Both the position numbers and the translations under genes were made by a program. Below, in pieces: positions 43,286 through 56,573 of a stretch of DNA of 64,000 nt (the first letter of the stretch is position 1; each line of letters begins with the position of its first letter). The DNA is from Dehalococcoidia bacterium (GTDB lineage Bacteria; Chloroflexota; Dehalococcoidia; UBA2979): positions 384,001-448,000 of the forward strand of contig CAXXDN010000001.1 of NCBI GenBank assembly GCA_963667465.2, read 5' to 3'. The notes beneath the pieces are model-generated. The model was not told the origin of the DNA and searched no databases. It worked only from the letters and a program-made list of their open reading frames with translations.

Positions 43286-44584
43286 GTGATTGATCAGGTG
43301 GAGATCGAGGTAGTCGCCGGAAAGGGCGGCGACGGGATCGTCTCGTTCCGGCGAGAAAAGTTTGTGCCGCACGGCGGACCCGACGGTGGAGATGGTGGCC
43401 GCGGGGGCGCCGTCGGGCTTGTCGCTGACCGCACCGTCGCGGGGCTCGGCGCGTACCGCGATGGCCGGGTGCGAGCGGCCCCGCCCGGACAGCCGGGGAG
43501 CTCCGTGCAGCGCCGCGGCGCTTCGGGCGAGGACCTGTGGCTGCCGGTGCCCGTGGGCTGTGTCGTCTGGGATCTCGACGAGGAGGATGGCCTCGGCTCG
43601 CAGCTGGACTCCGGTGAGCCCCGGACGCTCGCCGACCTCGCGGAGAACGGCGCGGAGGCGATCGTTGCGAGGGGGGGCCGCGGCGGCTGGGGCAACAAGC
43701 GCTTCGCCACCGCGACCCGCCGTACACCGCGGTTCGCGCAGCGCGGGATGGCCGGCGAGCGCCGTCGCCTGAGGCTTGAGCTGAAGCTGCTGGCGGACGT
43801 GGGTCTCGTCGGGCTGCCGAACGCGGGCAAGTCGACGCTGCTGGGCGCCTGGTCGGCGGCGCATCCGAAGGTCGCGGCCTATCCGTTCACGACGCTGGAG
43901 CCCGAGCTGGGCGTTGTCGAGCTGGGCTACGACTCGTTCGTGGCGGCGGACATGCCGGGCCTGATCGAGGGCGCGAGCCAGGGCGTTGGGCTCGGGCACG
44001 AGTTCCTCCGCCACATCGAGCGTACGCGGGTGCTCGTGCATGTCCTCGACATGACGCGGGACGACCCGCTCGCTGACCGCGAGCTGATCGACCGTGAGCT
44101 GGCGGAGTTCGGGCACGGCCTCGCTGACAAGCCGCAGCTGCTGGCGCTCAACAAGATCGACGACCCCGACGCGCGGGCGCACGTGGAGCTGCTCGAGGCG
44201 CTGTTCGAGGCGCAGGAGGCACCGTGGCTCGCCGTCTCGGCGGCTTCACTGGAAGGCACGAGGCAGCTTGCGGAGCGCGCCTTCCAGCTGCTGCGGGAGC
44301 AGTTGCTGCGGGAGGAAGGTGAGGTCGCGCCGCTACCGCGGGTCGAGCCTCGCGAGGTGCGGCGCGATCGCTTCCGGATCGAGCGCGATGCGGCCGGTGG
44401 CGTCGTCGTCCGAGGCCGCACCCCCGAGTGGCTGGCGGCGACGTTCGACCTCGAGGATGGCGAGGCGCGCGAGGAGCTGCTCGACCGGCTGCGGAGGCTT
44501 GGTCTGGCGCGCGCGCTCTCGCGCGAGGGGGTCACGCCCGGCACGACGATCCACGTCGGCGCTGTGGCGCTGGTCTGGGAGTAG
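43286..44584 (+). CDS. obgE: GTPase ObgE/CgtA
   Basis: GKGGDG..SFRREKFVP.GGPDGGDGG, GLPNAGKST, YPFTTL, DMPG, NKID. Confidence 0.97.
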   Translation: MIDQVEIEVVAGKGGDGIVSFRREKFVPHGGPDGGDGGRGGAVGLVADRTVAGLGAYRDGRVRAAPPGQPGSSVQRRGASGEDLWLPVPVGCVVWDLDEEDGLGSQLDSGEPRTLADLAENGAEAIVARGGRGGWGNKRFATATRRTPRFAQRGMAGERRRLRLELKLLADVGLVGLPNAGKSTLLGAWSAAHPKVAAYPFTTLEPELGVVELGYDSFVAADMPGLIEGASQGVGLGHEFLRHIERTRVLVHVLDMTRDDPLADRELIDRELAEFGHGLADKPQLLALNKIDDPDARAHVELLEALFEAQEAPWLAVSAASLEGTRQLAERAFQLLREQLLREEGEVAPLPRVEPREVRRDRFRIERDAAGGVVVRGRTPEWLAATFDLEDGEAREELLDRLRRLGLARALSREGVTPGTTIHVGAVALVWE

Positions 44585-44589
44585 CGACG

Positions 44590-45198
44590 ATGCGCAGCGG
44601 AATCCTCGGTGGCACGTTCGACCCGCCGCACCTCGCGCACCTCGTGCTGGCAGCGGCCGCGAGGCGCACGCTCGACCTCGACCGGGTGCTGCTGGTGCCG
44701 GCGGGCGACCCCTGGCGCAAGGCGGGGAGCGGCGTCTCGCCGGCGGCCGATCGACTGGCGCTGACGCGAGCGGCCGTCGCGGACGTGCTGCCTTGGGTGG
44801 AGGTCAGCGAGATCGAGGTGCGACGGTCCGGCCCCAGTTTCACCGCTGAAACGCTCGAGGAGCTACAGGCAGAGGCGCCAGGCGCCGAATGGTGGTTCAT
44901 CCTCGGCTGGGACGCACTCGCGGACCTGCCGAACTGGAGCCGGCCGGAACGCATCCTCGAGCTGGCGCGCCTGGCTCTCGCCGAGCGGGGGGACGAGGCT
45001 GCCGCAGCGACGCTGCCGCGCGCGGCTGTCGAGGCGTTCCCGGGGCTGGCCGCGCGCGTAGACCGCGTGCCGATTCCACGCCTCGCTGTCTCGGCCTCGG
45101 AGTTGCGGCGGCGACTACGTGCCGGTGAGCCGACGGCGCCGCTGCTGCCCGAGGGTGTGCGCGAGCTTGTCGCGGGACGAGGGCTCTACCAGGCTTGA
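44590..45198 (+). CDS. nadD: Nicotinate-nucleotide adenylyltransferase
   Basis: GILGGTFDPPHLAH, FILGWD, VSASELR. Confidence 0.93.
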   Translation: MRSGILGGTFDPPHLAHLVLAAAARRTLDLDRVLLVPAGDPWRKAGSGVSPAADRLALTRAAVADVLPWVEVSEIEVRRSGPSFTAETLEELQAEAPGAEWWFILGWDALADLPNWSRPERILELARLALAERGDEAAAATLPRAAVEAFPGLAARVDRVPIPRLAVSASELRRRLRAGEPTAPLLPEGVRELVAGRGLYQA

Positions 45199-45208
45199 TG
45201 CGTCCGGG

Positions 45209-45901
45209 TCAGTCCTCGTCGGGCGGGCGGCCGAACAGGATCGAGGCGCGCGGGACGGGCGGCAGCAGGAAGGGGCGCAACCCTGCCTCGATGGCGAATG
45301 GGAAGCCGGCGTCCTGCGCGAAGCGCAGCAGCGTGCGGCCGGAGCGCAGTTTCGGCGAACGCACGTGGCGGCCCAGCCAGCGCCGGTTCCAGGCATCGAG
45401 GAAGCGCCGCCCGGTCGAAGCGAACTCCCAGATCAGCGCCAGCCCGCCGGGCGCGAGCACGCGCCAGATCTCATCGAGCAGATCGCGCAGGCCGTCGTCG
45501 CCGAGGTGCTTCACGAGGTAGCCACAGAGCACGAGGTCGAAGGCTCCGGAGGCGATCGGCAAGCTCGTCGCGGAGCCCTGCACGAGCGCTGGAGGGCGCT
45601 CCGTCCCCGCGGCGTCGCGCTGCGCGTGCCGCAGGATCGTGCGCGAGAAGTCGAGGCCCACGGGCTGGCTGTCGAAGCGCACGCGCCCGTCCATGAAGCG
45701 CAGCACCGAGGCCCGCCCGCAGCCGATGTCGAGCACGCGCAGGCGCGGCTCCATGCTCAGCTCGTCGGGCAGCCGCAGCAACGGCCCGTTCATCACGAAC
45801 GCGCCCTGCGGACCGAGCGCCCAGCGGAGCCCGGTCGCGGCCAGCCCCGGCCGGCTCAGCAGGCGCTCGTACTCGTCGAGGCGGGTCCGCTCGAAGCTCA
45901 T
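45209..45901 (-). CDS. Class I SAM-dependent methyltransferase
   Basis: VLDIGCG, GLDFS, LPIASGAFDLV, RVLAPGG. Confidence 0.88.
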   Translation of the reverse strand: MSFERTRLDEYERLLSRPGLAATGLRWALGPQGAFVMNGPLLRLPDELSMEPRLRVLDIGCGRASVLRFMDGRVRFDSQPVGLDFSRTILRHAQRDAAGTERPPALVQGSATSLPIASGAFDLVLCGYLVKHLGDDGLRDLLDEIWRVLAPGGLALIWEFASTGRRFLDAWNRRWLGRHVRSPKLRSGRTLLRFAQDAGFPFAIEAGLRPFLLPPVPRASILFGRPPDED

Positions 45902-45932
45902 GCGGGCATCGTGGCACGCCGGCGATCGGCGC

Positions 45933-46418
45933 TCAAACGACGCTGGCGGGAGGCCCGGGCTCGCCGAAGTCGAACGAGAGCCGCACGTGCGCGCCTTGCG
46001 TCGCACCCCAGTCGCACATCGCCGCCAGCTCCCCGAGCCGCGGCGCGAGGCCCTCGTAGCCAGCGAGCAGCTCGTCGAGCTGCCGGTCGCCGGCAGTGGT
46101 CGCCGCGGCGACGGCGCGGCAGCAGGCGGCGAGTGCGGCGGGGTCCTGCCACATTCGCTGCAGCTCGCGGCGGTCCGCCTCGTCCTCGACGCGCCGGTCG
46201 GCGTAGCGCAGCAGCGGGCGCAGCGCGACCTTGTGCAGCGTCTCGATGCGGCGCGCGGCCTGGGCCAGCTCGTGCTGCGCCCCGAAGCGCAGCGAGAACG
46301 CCCAGGAGGCGAAGTACAGCACCACCGACGAGTCGCCCTCGAACGCAATCGGGCAAGCCTCGTCCGCGTCGAACTCGACGTGGAGGGGCGGCGGGGCGTC
46401 CTTGGCGGGGCTGGTCAT
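45933..46418 (-). CDS. Hypothetical protein
   Basis: 161-aa ORF with host-like codon usage, co-oriented downstream of gyrB. Confidence 0.65.
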   Translation of the reverse strand: MTSPAKDAPPPLHVEFDADEACPIAFEGDSSVVLYFASWAFSLRFGAQHELAQAARRIETLHKVALRPLLRYADRRVEDEADRRELQRMWQDPAALAACCRAVAAATTAGDRQLDELLAGYEGLAPRLGELAAMCDWGATQGAHVRLSFDFGEPGPPASVV

Positions 46419-46439
46419 GGCGGGCGTGTGTCGCGGCCG

Positions 46440-48500
<2,061 letters not shown>

Positions 48501-48704
48501 TCAGTCCGCGCGAGATGCGCGGATTCCGCCGCAGCCGCAGCTGCGCCGCGCCGCTCTGGCGCCTGTCAGGGAGGTGGTAACGCGGCGGAGCGACAACGGC
48601 GGATCTACTCTCACCGGCACAGGAATAGTATACCGGATAACGGCCGGTTGCGCCTTCCGCGGGGGTGTGCGCGCGGCGCGTGAAGAGGGGACCGGGGGGC
48701 TCCT

Positions 48705-49157
48705 ATGGCGCAGCAACCTGATCCGATACCGATCACGCCGATCGGCGTCGTGCGCAACAACGAGCACGACCCCGCGCGCCAGGATTGGACGCGCGTCCGC
48801 AGCCGCATCGAACTGCGCCCTGAATTCGCCCCCGCGCTCGACGGCCTCGAGGGGTTCTCGCACGTCATCGTCGTCGGCTGGCTCGACCGCATTCCGGGGG
48901 AGCTGCGCGCGCGGCGGCAGGCGCATCCCGGCGGCGACGAACGCCTGCCGCTGCTCGGCGCGTTCGCGCTGCGCGGCGGCGCGCGCCCCAACCCGATCGC
49001 CGTCACCGTCTGTCGCCTGCGCTCGGCCGGCGACGCGATCGCCGAGGTCGCCGGCCTCGATCTGATCGACGGCACGCCGGTGCTCGATCTGAAGCCCTAC
49101 ATCGCCAGCTACGACTCGGAGCCGGACGCGACGCTGCCGGACTGGGCGCGGGGCTGA
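48705..49157 (+). CDS. tsaA: tRNA m6t6A37 methyltransferase TrmO/TsaA family
   Basis: PIGVV, LDGLEGFSH, GAFALR..ARPNPI, GLDLIDGTPVLDLKPY. Confidence 0.88.
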   Translation: MAQQPDPIPITPIGVVRNNEHDPARQDWTRVRSRIELRPEFAPALDGLEGFSHVIVVGWLDRIPGELRARRQAHPGGDERLPLLGAFALRGGARPNPIAVTVCRLRSAGDAIAEVAGLDLIDGTPVLDLKPYIASYDSEPDATLPDWARG

Positions 49158-49161
49158 GCGG

Positions 49162-49551
49162 ATGCTGGAGATGCTGCGGGTGCTCGTGCTTGGCATGCTT
49201 CCGGGGCGCTGCCCGAGCTGCCTCGAGACCTCGATGTTCCGTGGCTTTTATGAGTTGCATGAGACGTGCGCCGTCTGCGGGGTGCGCTACGAGGGATCGG
49301 AGGGAGCCTGGCTTGGCGCGATCGCCATCGGCTACGGGATCGGGGCCTGCTTCGTCGTCGTGGTGGGGATGGCTGAGCTGCTCTGGGGCCCGCTGCGCGC
49401 GCTCGGCCTGGACCCGATGTGGACGATCGCGCTGGCGAGCCTGCCCGTGACCGCGCTCGCCTACCGCCCGGCGAAGGGACTCTGGTTCGCGCTGCTCTAC
49501 CTCGCGGGATTCGTCGTCCCCGACGGCGTCGCGGAGGGTGAGCGCCGCTAG
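49162..49551 (+). CDS. DUF983 family zinc-ribbon membrane protein
   Basis: RCPSC...MF.G...CAVCG, two TM helices, RPAKGLW. Confidence 0.75.
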   Translation: MLEMLRVLVLGMLPGRCPSCLETSMFRGFYELHETCAVCGVRYEGSEGAWLGAIAIGYGIGACFVVVVGMAELLWGPLRALGLDPMWTIALASLPVTALAYRPAKGLWFALLYLAGFVVPDGVAEGERR

Positions 49552-49589
49552 GCGTTGCGCCAGCCACCCACGCGTCCGACGCTGGCAGC

Positions 49590-50681
<1,092 letters not shown>

Positions 50682-50726
50682 GCACGTCACGAGGCGCGGC
50701 GATATGATCGCTGCCGCGAGGCGACG

Positions 50727-51599
50727 ATGAGCAATCACGAGACACCCGGAACAGAGGACGTACGCGCCCGGCTCGTCGAGGAGGTCGAGGCCGCCCTCGG
50801 TGGCGGGCCGCCTGTGGCCGTCGCGACGGTGATCGACCCCGGCGAGCAGGACGGCCTGCAGCTCGGCGCGAAGCTGCTCGTGCGCACGGGCGGCGGGACG
50901 CTCGGCGCCCTCGGGGCGTCCTCGATCGACGAGGCGACCGCCGCGGCAGGTGTCGCGGCGCTGTCCGCGCGCCCGCGCATCGAGGCGCAGACGGTCTACG
51001 TGCGCGCCGACGGCGAGCTCGTCACGCGGCGCTCGCGCGCCCGAGCGGGCGACGGCCGGCTCATGCTCGAGGTCTTCGAGGCGCCGGGCCGGCTGCTGAT
51101 CGTCGGTGGCGGGCACATCGGCCTCGCCCTCGCTACGATCGGCTCGACGCTTGGCTTCCAGGTGACCGTGATCGACGACCGCGAGGAGTTCGCCAACCGC
51201 GAGCGCTTTCCGATGGCAGCGGAGGTGATCGCCGGTGAGGTCGACGAGGAGCTGGACAAGCTCACGATCGACGGGCGCACCTACGCGGTGATGGTCTCGC
51301 GCGGCCACCAGGTCGACGAGCTCGCGCTGCGCAACACGATCGGGCGCGGCGCCGCCTACGTCGGAATGATCGGCAGCCGCCGCCGTACCGGCACGGTGAT
51401 CCAGCACCTGATCGATGAGGGCTTGCCCCGCGCCGACCTCGAGGACGTGCGCACGCCGATCGGGCTCGACATCGGCGCCGAGACGCCCGAAGAGATCGCG
51501 CTCGCCATCCTCGCGGAGATGGTGATGTTGCAACGCGGCGGGACCGGGTCGCCGATGCGCGAGGTCAAGGGCCGCGCGCCCGCCGGACAGGACGCGTAG
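50727..51599 (+). CDS. XdhC/CoxI family molybdoenzyme maturation factor
   Basis: LLIVGGGHI, IDDR.EFA..ERFP, YVGMIGSRRR, PIGLDIGAETPEEIA. Confidence 0.9.
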   Translation: MSNHETPGTEDVRARLVEEVEAALGGGPPVAVATVIDPGEQDGLQLGAKLLVRTGGGTLGALGASSIDEATAAAGVAALSARPRIEAQTVYVRADGELVTRRSRARAGDGRLMLEVFEAPGRLLIVGGGHIGLALATIGSTLGFQVTVIDDREEFANRERFPMAAEVIAGEVDEELDKLTIDGRTYAVMVSRGHQVDELALRNTIGRGAAYVGMIGSRRRTGTVIQHLIDEGLPRADLEDVRTPIGLDIGAETPEEIALAILAEMVMLQRGGTGSPMREVKGRAPAGQDA

Positions 51600-51666
51600 C
51601 GCGGCGCCGCGCGCTGGTAGACTGTATCGAGCGTCCGGCCGGGAGCCGGGCGGGACAAGGAACACG

Positions 51667-51984
51667 ATGGCAGATGCCGAACTGTTCGCCGAGATTCGCA
51701 AAGCGCAGGGGCGCGGGGAGCGCCGCGTGCTGGCGACCGTCGCCGACGCGCGCGGCTCGACGCCTCGCAGCCCCGGCGCGCAGCTGCTGCTGCGCCCGGA
51801 CGGCAGCTTCCGCGGCACGATCGGCGGCGGCTGCGGCGAGGCCGAGGTCTGGCAGGAGGCGATGGAGACGATGGCCGACGGCCGTCCACGCATCGTCACC
51901 GTCGACCTCACCGAGGACGTCGAGGGCGACGACAAGATCTGCGGCGGCGTGATGGACGTATTCATCGAGAGGATCGCGGATTAG
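51667..51984 (+). CDS. Stand-alone XdhC/CoxI N-terminal domain protein
   Basis: LATV..RGSTPR.PGA, GTIGGGCGE, ICGG.MDVFIE. Confidence 0.85.
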   Translation: MADAELFAEIRKAQGRGERRVLATVADARGSTPRSPGAQLLLRPDGSFRGTIGGGCGEAEVWQEAMETMADGRPRIVTVDLTEDVEGDDKICGGVMDVFIERIAD

Positions 51985-52070
51985 CCGCGAGGGAGTTGCC
52001 CGCGGCGGCTGCGTGGTACGATTCGGCGTCCGCCGACACGGCGGCTGCGGACCAAAGAGGGAGCTGACCG

Positions 52071-52313
52071 ATGATCGGTGGTTTGGGCTGGCAGGAGTTG
52101 CTGATCATCCTCGTGATCATCGCCCTGATCTTCGGGGCGACCCGTGTCGCCGACCTCGGCGGCGCGCTCGGACGAGGCATCCGCGAGTTCCGCCAGGAGG
52201 CGGCGCGTCCCGATGAGGACGAAGAAGAGGGCTCCGAGCTGGCTTCGGCGTCCGACGGCGACTCCTCGGACGACGAGCCGGAGGCAGCGAGCGACAAGGG
52301 GTCATCCGGCTGA
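52071..52313 (+). CDS. tatA: Twin-arginine translocase TatA/E
   Basis: LGWQELLIILVIIALIFG...LG.ALGRGIREFR; GAGGAG RBS. Confidence 0.93.
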   Translation: MIGGLGWQELLIILVIIALIFGATRVADLGGALGRGIREFRQEAARPDEDEEEGSELASASDGDSSDDEPEAASDKGSSG

Positions 52314-52346
52314 CCTCGCTCCCACGAAGCTCAACGCGACGACCCG

Positions 52347-52378
52347 GCCCGGCGTAGAGATGCGCCGGGCTTTCGCTT
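52347..52378 (+). terminator. Intrinsic terminator after tatA
   Basis: gcccggcgta-gaga-tgcgccgggc followed by tttcgctt. Confidence 0.7.
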
Positions 52379-52465
52379 CTCCGCCCGCGTGGGTCTCGTA
52401 CCATCAATGCGGTGGGGTTCGCCGCGGGCTGCAGCTGGCGGCCCGTGGCCGGCGCCCGGAGTGAC

Positions 52466-53896
52466 ATGACGCCGCTCGTAACGATGACGAACAAGCTGAG
52501 GCTGGGCGCCGCGCTGATCGCTGGCGCGGCAGCCGCCGAGGCCTCAAGACGCCTTGGGCGCGGCGGGGGGACGGCGTTGCCGGGCCTCGTCGCCGCGACG
52601 ATCGCGCCGGACATCACCGCGCAGCTCGTGCGCCGCGCGGGAGCGGGCGCCGTCGTCGTCACCGGCACCAACGGCAAGACCACCACCTCGCATCTGCTCG
52701 CCGAGTGCGCTCGCGCGGCTGGCAGCGAGGTGATCGCCAACCGCTCCGGCTCCAACCTCGAGCGCGGCATCGTCTCCGCGTTCCTCGCCGACCGCGGCAA
52801 CGGCAGGCGCGGGCGCCTCGGTGTGCTCGAGGTGGACGAGGCGGCGCTGCCGCCGCTGCTACCCGCCCTCGCGCCGCGCGCGATCGTCTTCCTCAACCTC
52901 TTCCGCGATCAGCTCGACCGCTACGGCGAGGTCGATTCCGTCGCCGAGGGCTGGGAGCGAATGCTGATCGCCGACACCTCGGGCGCCACGCTCGTGCTCA
53001 ATGCCGACGACCCCTCGATCGCACCGCTTGCCGACGCCGGACGCGGGGCGGTGGTGACGTTCGGCATCGAGGACGACGGCATCGCCCGCGGTGGCCCCGA
53101 CCACGCCTCGGACGCGCGCTTCTGCCGCTGTGGTGCGCCGTTCCGCTACGACGCGGTCTTCGTCGCGCACGCCGGACGCTGGCGCTGCGACGCCTGCGGG
53201 CGGGCGCGCCCGCGCCCGCTCGTCGCGGCACACGAGATCGAGCAGTTCGCGGACGGCTCCCGCTTCGTCCTCGATCTCGCGGGCGAGCGCCTCGAGGTCG
53301 AGTTGCCGCTGCAAGGCCTGTACCCGATCTACAACGCGCTCGGCGCGGCGGCGGCTGCGCACGCGTTGGGGTTGCCCGCCGCAGTCGTCGCGCCCGCGCT
53401 CGCGGACGCGGGCCCGGCCTTCGGGCGGCAGGAGCGATTCCAGCTGCGCGGCCGCGAGCTGCGCCTCTGGCTGGCGAAGAACCCCGCGGGCATGAACGCC
53501 GTGCTGCGCGCCCTCACCGCTGCCGGCTCACCCCCGGAGGAGCCGCCGCAACCGAGGCTGCACGTCCTCGCCGCGCTCAACGACGGCGTCCAGGACGGCC
53601 GCGATGTCTCCTGGATCTACGACGCCGACTTCGAGCTGTTCGCCGGCCACGCCGCGAGCGTCTGCGTCACCGGCGATCGCGCCGACGACCTGGCGTTGCG
53701 GTTGCGCCTCGCCGGCGTGCGGGTCGACCTCGTGCAGCCGCATCGCGCCTCGGCGCTCGACGAGGCGCTGCACCGGCTGCCGCCCGGGGAGCGTCTCGAG
53801 GTGATCACGACGTACACGGCGATGCTCCAGTTGCGGGAGATCATCGCGGCCGGGAGCGGAGTCGCTCCGTACTGGGAGCGGGAGCGGCAGCGATGA
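52466..53896 (+). CDS. murT: Lipid II isoglutaminyl synthase subunit MurT (Mur ligase, DUF1727)
   Basis: GGGTALPG, VTGTNGKTTT, EVDE, NLFRDQLDRYGE, LAKNPAG, DGRDVSWIYD. Confidence 0.9.
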   Translation: MTPLVTMTNKLRLGAALIAGAAAAEASRRLGRGGGTALPGLVAATIAPDITAQLVRRAGAGAVVVTGTNGKTTTSHLLAECARAAGSEVIANRSGSNLERGIVSAFLADRGNGRRGRLGVLEVDEAALPPLLPALAPRAIVFLNLFRDQLDRYGEVDSVAEGWERMLIADTSGATLVLNADDPSIAPLADAGRGAVVTFGIEDDGIARGGPDHASDARFCRCGAPFRYDAVFVAHAGRWRCDACGRARPRPLVAAHEIEQFADGSRFVLDLAGERLEVELPLQGLYPIYNALGAAAAAHALGLPAAVVAPALADAGPAFGRQERFQLRGRELRLWLAKNPAGMNAVLRALTAAGSPPEEPPQPRLHVLAALNDGVQDGRDVSWIYDADFELFAGHAASVCVTGDRADDLALRLRLAGVRVDLVQPHRASALDEALHRLPPGERLEVITTYTAMLQLREIIAAGSGVAPYWERERQR

Positions 53897-54669
53897 GCGG
53901 GGCGGCCAGCCAGCGCACCATCCGCGTCGTCTGGCTCTACCCGGAGCTGATGAACGTCTACGCCGATCGCGGCAACGTGATCGCGATCGAGGCGCGCTGC
54001 GCCGTGCTCGGCGTGGGTTGCGAGGTCACCCGCGTCGGCATCGGCGATCCGCTGCCGGAGGAGGCCGACCTCGTGCTGATCGGCGGCGGCCAGGATCGCG
54101 AGCAGCGCCGCGCCGCGCCGGACCTCGCGCGCCATGCGGGCACGCTGCGCACCTGGGTCGACGAGGACGCCGCGATGCTCGCCGTCTGCGGCGGCTTCCA
54201 GCTCTTCGGCCGCTGGTACCGCACCGCCGAGGGCGAGGAACTGCCCGGCGTCGGCGTCTTCGACGTGACCACCGTCGCGCCGCCGCGCAACGAGGAGCGC
54301 TGCATCGGCGACGTACTCGCGCGCTCGACCCTTGAGGGCATCGGCGAGGTCGTGGGCTTCGAGAACCACGGTGGCCGCTCCTACCTCGGGCCGGGCGTGG
54401 AGCCGTTCGCGCATGTCGAGTTCGGCTACGGCAACAACGGCGCGGATGGAGCCGAGGGCGCCCGCGTGCGCGAAGCGATCGGCACCTACCTGCACGGCTC
54501 CCTGCTGCCTCGCAACCCCGCGCTGACGGACCACCTGATCCGCGCTGCACTACGCCACCGCTATGGCGAGGAGCCGGCGTTACCCGAGGCGCCCGACCTG
54601 TTCGCCGCGCGCGCGCACCGCGGGGCCGCGACCGTCGCCCGACGGCGCAGCCGCCGCGCGGGGTCGTAA
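53893..54669 (+). CDS. gatD: Glutamine amidotransferase GatD (CobQ-like)
   Basis: LYPELMNVYADRGN, GGGQD, AVCGGFQL, GFENHGG, TYLHG.LLPRNP. Confidence 0.9.
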   Translation: MSGAASQRTIRVVWLYPELMNVYADRGNVIAIEARCAVLGVGCEVTRVGIGDPLPEEADLVLIGGGQDREQRRAAPDLARHAGTLRTWVDEDAAMLAVCGGFQLFGRWYRTAEGEELPGVGVFDVTTVAPPRNEERCIGDVLARSTLEGIGEVVGFENHGGRSYLGPGVEPFAHVEFGYGNNGADGAEGARVREAIGTYLHGSLLPRNPALTDHLIRAALRHRYGEEPALPEAPDLFAARAHRGAATVARRRSRRAGS

Positions 54670-54748
54670 CGGCCGGCCCGACGTTTGACGCCCTCCGCGC
54701 GCGCCCCCGATCCTGTGATCGGCGGGGGCTGCACGGAGGCGCGGCCCG

Positions 54749-55648
54749 TTGACTGCGACAGGCTCCAGGCTCTCGCGACGCAGGTTCCTCAGCCGCACGG
54801 TCCTCGGCGTGCTGCTCGGGGGTCCACTGATCGTCGCCTGCTCGCGCTTCCGCCCGGAGGATGAGGAGCCGGCCGAGGTCGTCGCCCATACGCCGACCGC
54901 GACGCCAACCCCCACCGAGCCGCCGACTCCGGCCGTGACGCCCACGCCAACGCCTCGGCTCCTGCCCACGCGCAGGTCGGCGACGGCCACGCCGACGCCA
55001 ACCCCCGACCCGACGCCCGTCACGCCGACGCCGTACCCCTCGACACTCGATCCCGAGGACCTGCGCGGCTTCGCCGTGCCGATCGAGGGGGGCTGCCTGC
55101 CGGGCTCCGACCGGCTGATGCCGAACGCGCCCCGCGAGTACCGCAATGGCATCCACGAGGGCATCGACTGGTACAACGGCCTCGCCTGCGCCAGCGTCTC
55201 CGCGGGCACCCCGGTGCTGGCGATGTACCAGGGAATCGTGATCCGCGCCGACCTCGGCTACGTCGCCATCACCATCGAGCAGATCAACGAGTTCTCGCAG
55301 CGGACCGCCGAGCTCGGTTACACCGAGGAGCCGATCCTCGACATCTATCGCGGACGGCAGGTCTGGATCGACCACGGCAACGGCGTCGTCACCCGCTACT
55401 GCCACCTCGGTCTGATCGCCGAGGGCATCGAGGAAGGAGTCGAGGTCGAAGAGGGCCAGGTGATCGGCGGCGTGGGCGAGTCCGGTACGCCGGAGTCGAT
55501 CACCGCGCCGGGCACGGAGCTGCACCTCCACGCCGAGGTGCGGATCGCGGACTCGTTCCTCGGGTCGGGTCTGCCGCCCGGCGAGGTACGCTTGCTCTAC
55601 GTGAAGCTGTTCGGCTTCGGCGAGGATGACTCCGCCTCGGGAGGCTGA
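54749..55648 (+). CDS. Tat-exported M23 peptidase lipoprotein
   Basis: SRRRFL Tat motif, IVAC lipobox, PT linker, HEGID, YCHL, HLHAE. Confidence 0.85.
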   Translation: MTATGSRLSRRRFLSRTVLGVLLGGPLIVACSRFRPEDEEPAEVVAHTPTATPTPTEPPTPAVTPTPTPRLLPTRRSATATPTPTPDPTPVTPTPYPSTLDPEDLRGFAVPIEGGCLPGSDRLMPNAPREYRNGIHEGIDWYNGLACASVSAGTPVLAMYQGIVIRADLGYVAITIEQINEFSQRTAELGYTEEPILDIYRGRQVWIDHGNGVVTRYCHLGLIAEGIEEGVEVEEGQVIGGVGESGTPESITAPGTELHLHAEVRIADSFLGSGLPPGEVRLLYVKLFGFGEDDSASGG

Positions 55649-55703
55649 CGAGGCCGGAGCGCCGTACACTGCCGCCAACGCGCGAGCTCATGCGATAGGG
55701 GGC

Positions 55704-56573
55704 GTGGTGCCGATCCTCTCGATCGGGATCCCGTGGGATCCGAACATCACGCAGATCGGCGGGTTGCTGCTGACCTGGCACGGGCTGTTCACCGCGATCG
55801 GCATCTTCGCCGGCGTGCGGCTCTCGCTGACCCTCGCGAAGGTGATCGACTACGACTACGACGACGCCTACACGCTCGCCCTCGTCGGCGTGCCGAGCGG
55901 GATCGTCGGTGCGCGCCTGCTCTTCGTCTTCGAGCACTGGGAGTCGTTCAGCGGCGATCCGGCCGCGATCCTGCGCATCAACGAGGGCGGCATCTCGATC
56001 TGGGGCGCGATCCTCGGCGGCGTGATCGGCGGGCTGGCCTTCGGTCTCTGGAAGGGCTATCCAATCGCCCGCGGCCTGGACATCGCCAGCTTCGGCATCA
56101 TCCTTGGGCAGGCGACCGGGCGCATCGGCGATCTCGTCAACGGCGAGCATCTGGCGAACGCGAGCAATCTGCCCTGGGCCGTCTTCTACACCCACGAGGA
56201 CTCGCCCGCATTCGTGCACTCGCTGCTCGTGGGGCCGCACCATCCTGCGACGACGTATGAGCTGCTCGGCGACCTCGTGATCCTCGGGGGGCTGTTCGTG
56301 CTGATGTTCGGCGTGCTCTGGCGGAAGCCGGGGCTGACCTTCTGCGCCTACCTGATCGGCTACGCGGTGATGCGCTTCTTCCTCACCTACCTGCGCATCG
56401 ACTCCAGCGAGACGATTCTGCTCGATCTGCGCGTCCCGCAGCTGGTCTCCCTGCTCACGGTGCTCGCCTCGCTCCCCGCGATCTGGTACTTCGCGACCCG
56501 CGAGTCGTTCGAGGAGCCCGCACCTGTTGAGCGCCTGCCGCTGATCGGGCGGCTCCTCGGCGCACGGTCGTGA
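55704..56573 (+). CDS. lgt: Prolipoprotein diacylglyceryl transferase
   Basis: WHGL, GARL, GGISIWGAI, GRIGDLVNGE, HPATTYE. Confidence 0.9.
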   Translation: MVPILSIGIPWDPNITQIGGLLLTWHGLFTAIGIFAGVRLSLTLAKVIDYDYDDAYTLALVGVPSGIVGARLLFVFEHWESFSGDPAAILRINEGGISIWGAILGGVIGGLAFGLWKGYPIARGLDIASFGIILGQATGRIGDLVNGEHLANASNLPWAVFYTHEDSPAFVHSLLVGPHHPATTYELLGDLVILGGLFVLMFGVLWRKPGLTFCAYLIGYAVMRFFLTYLRIDSSETILLDLRVPQLVSLLTVLASLPAIWYFATRESFEEPAPVERLPLIGRLLGARS

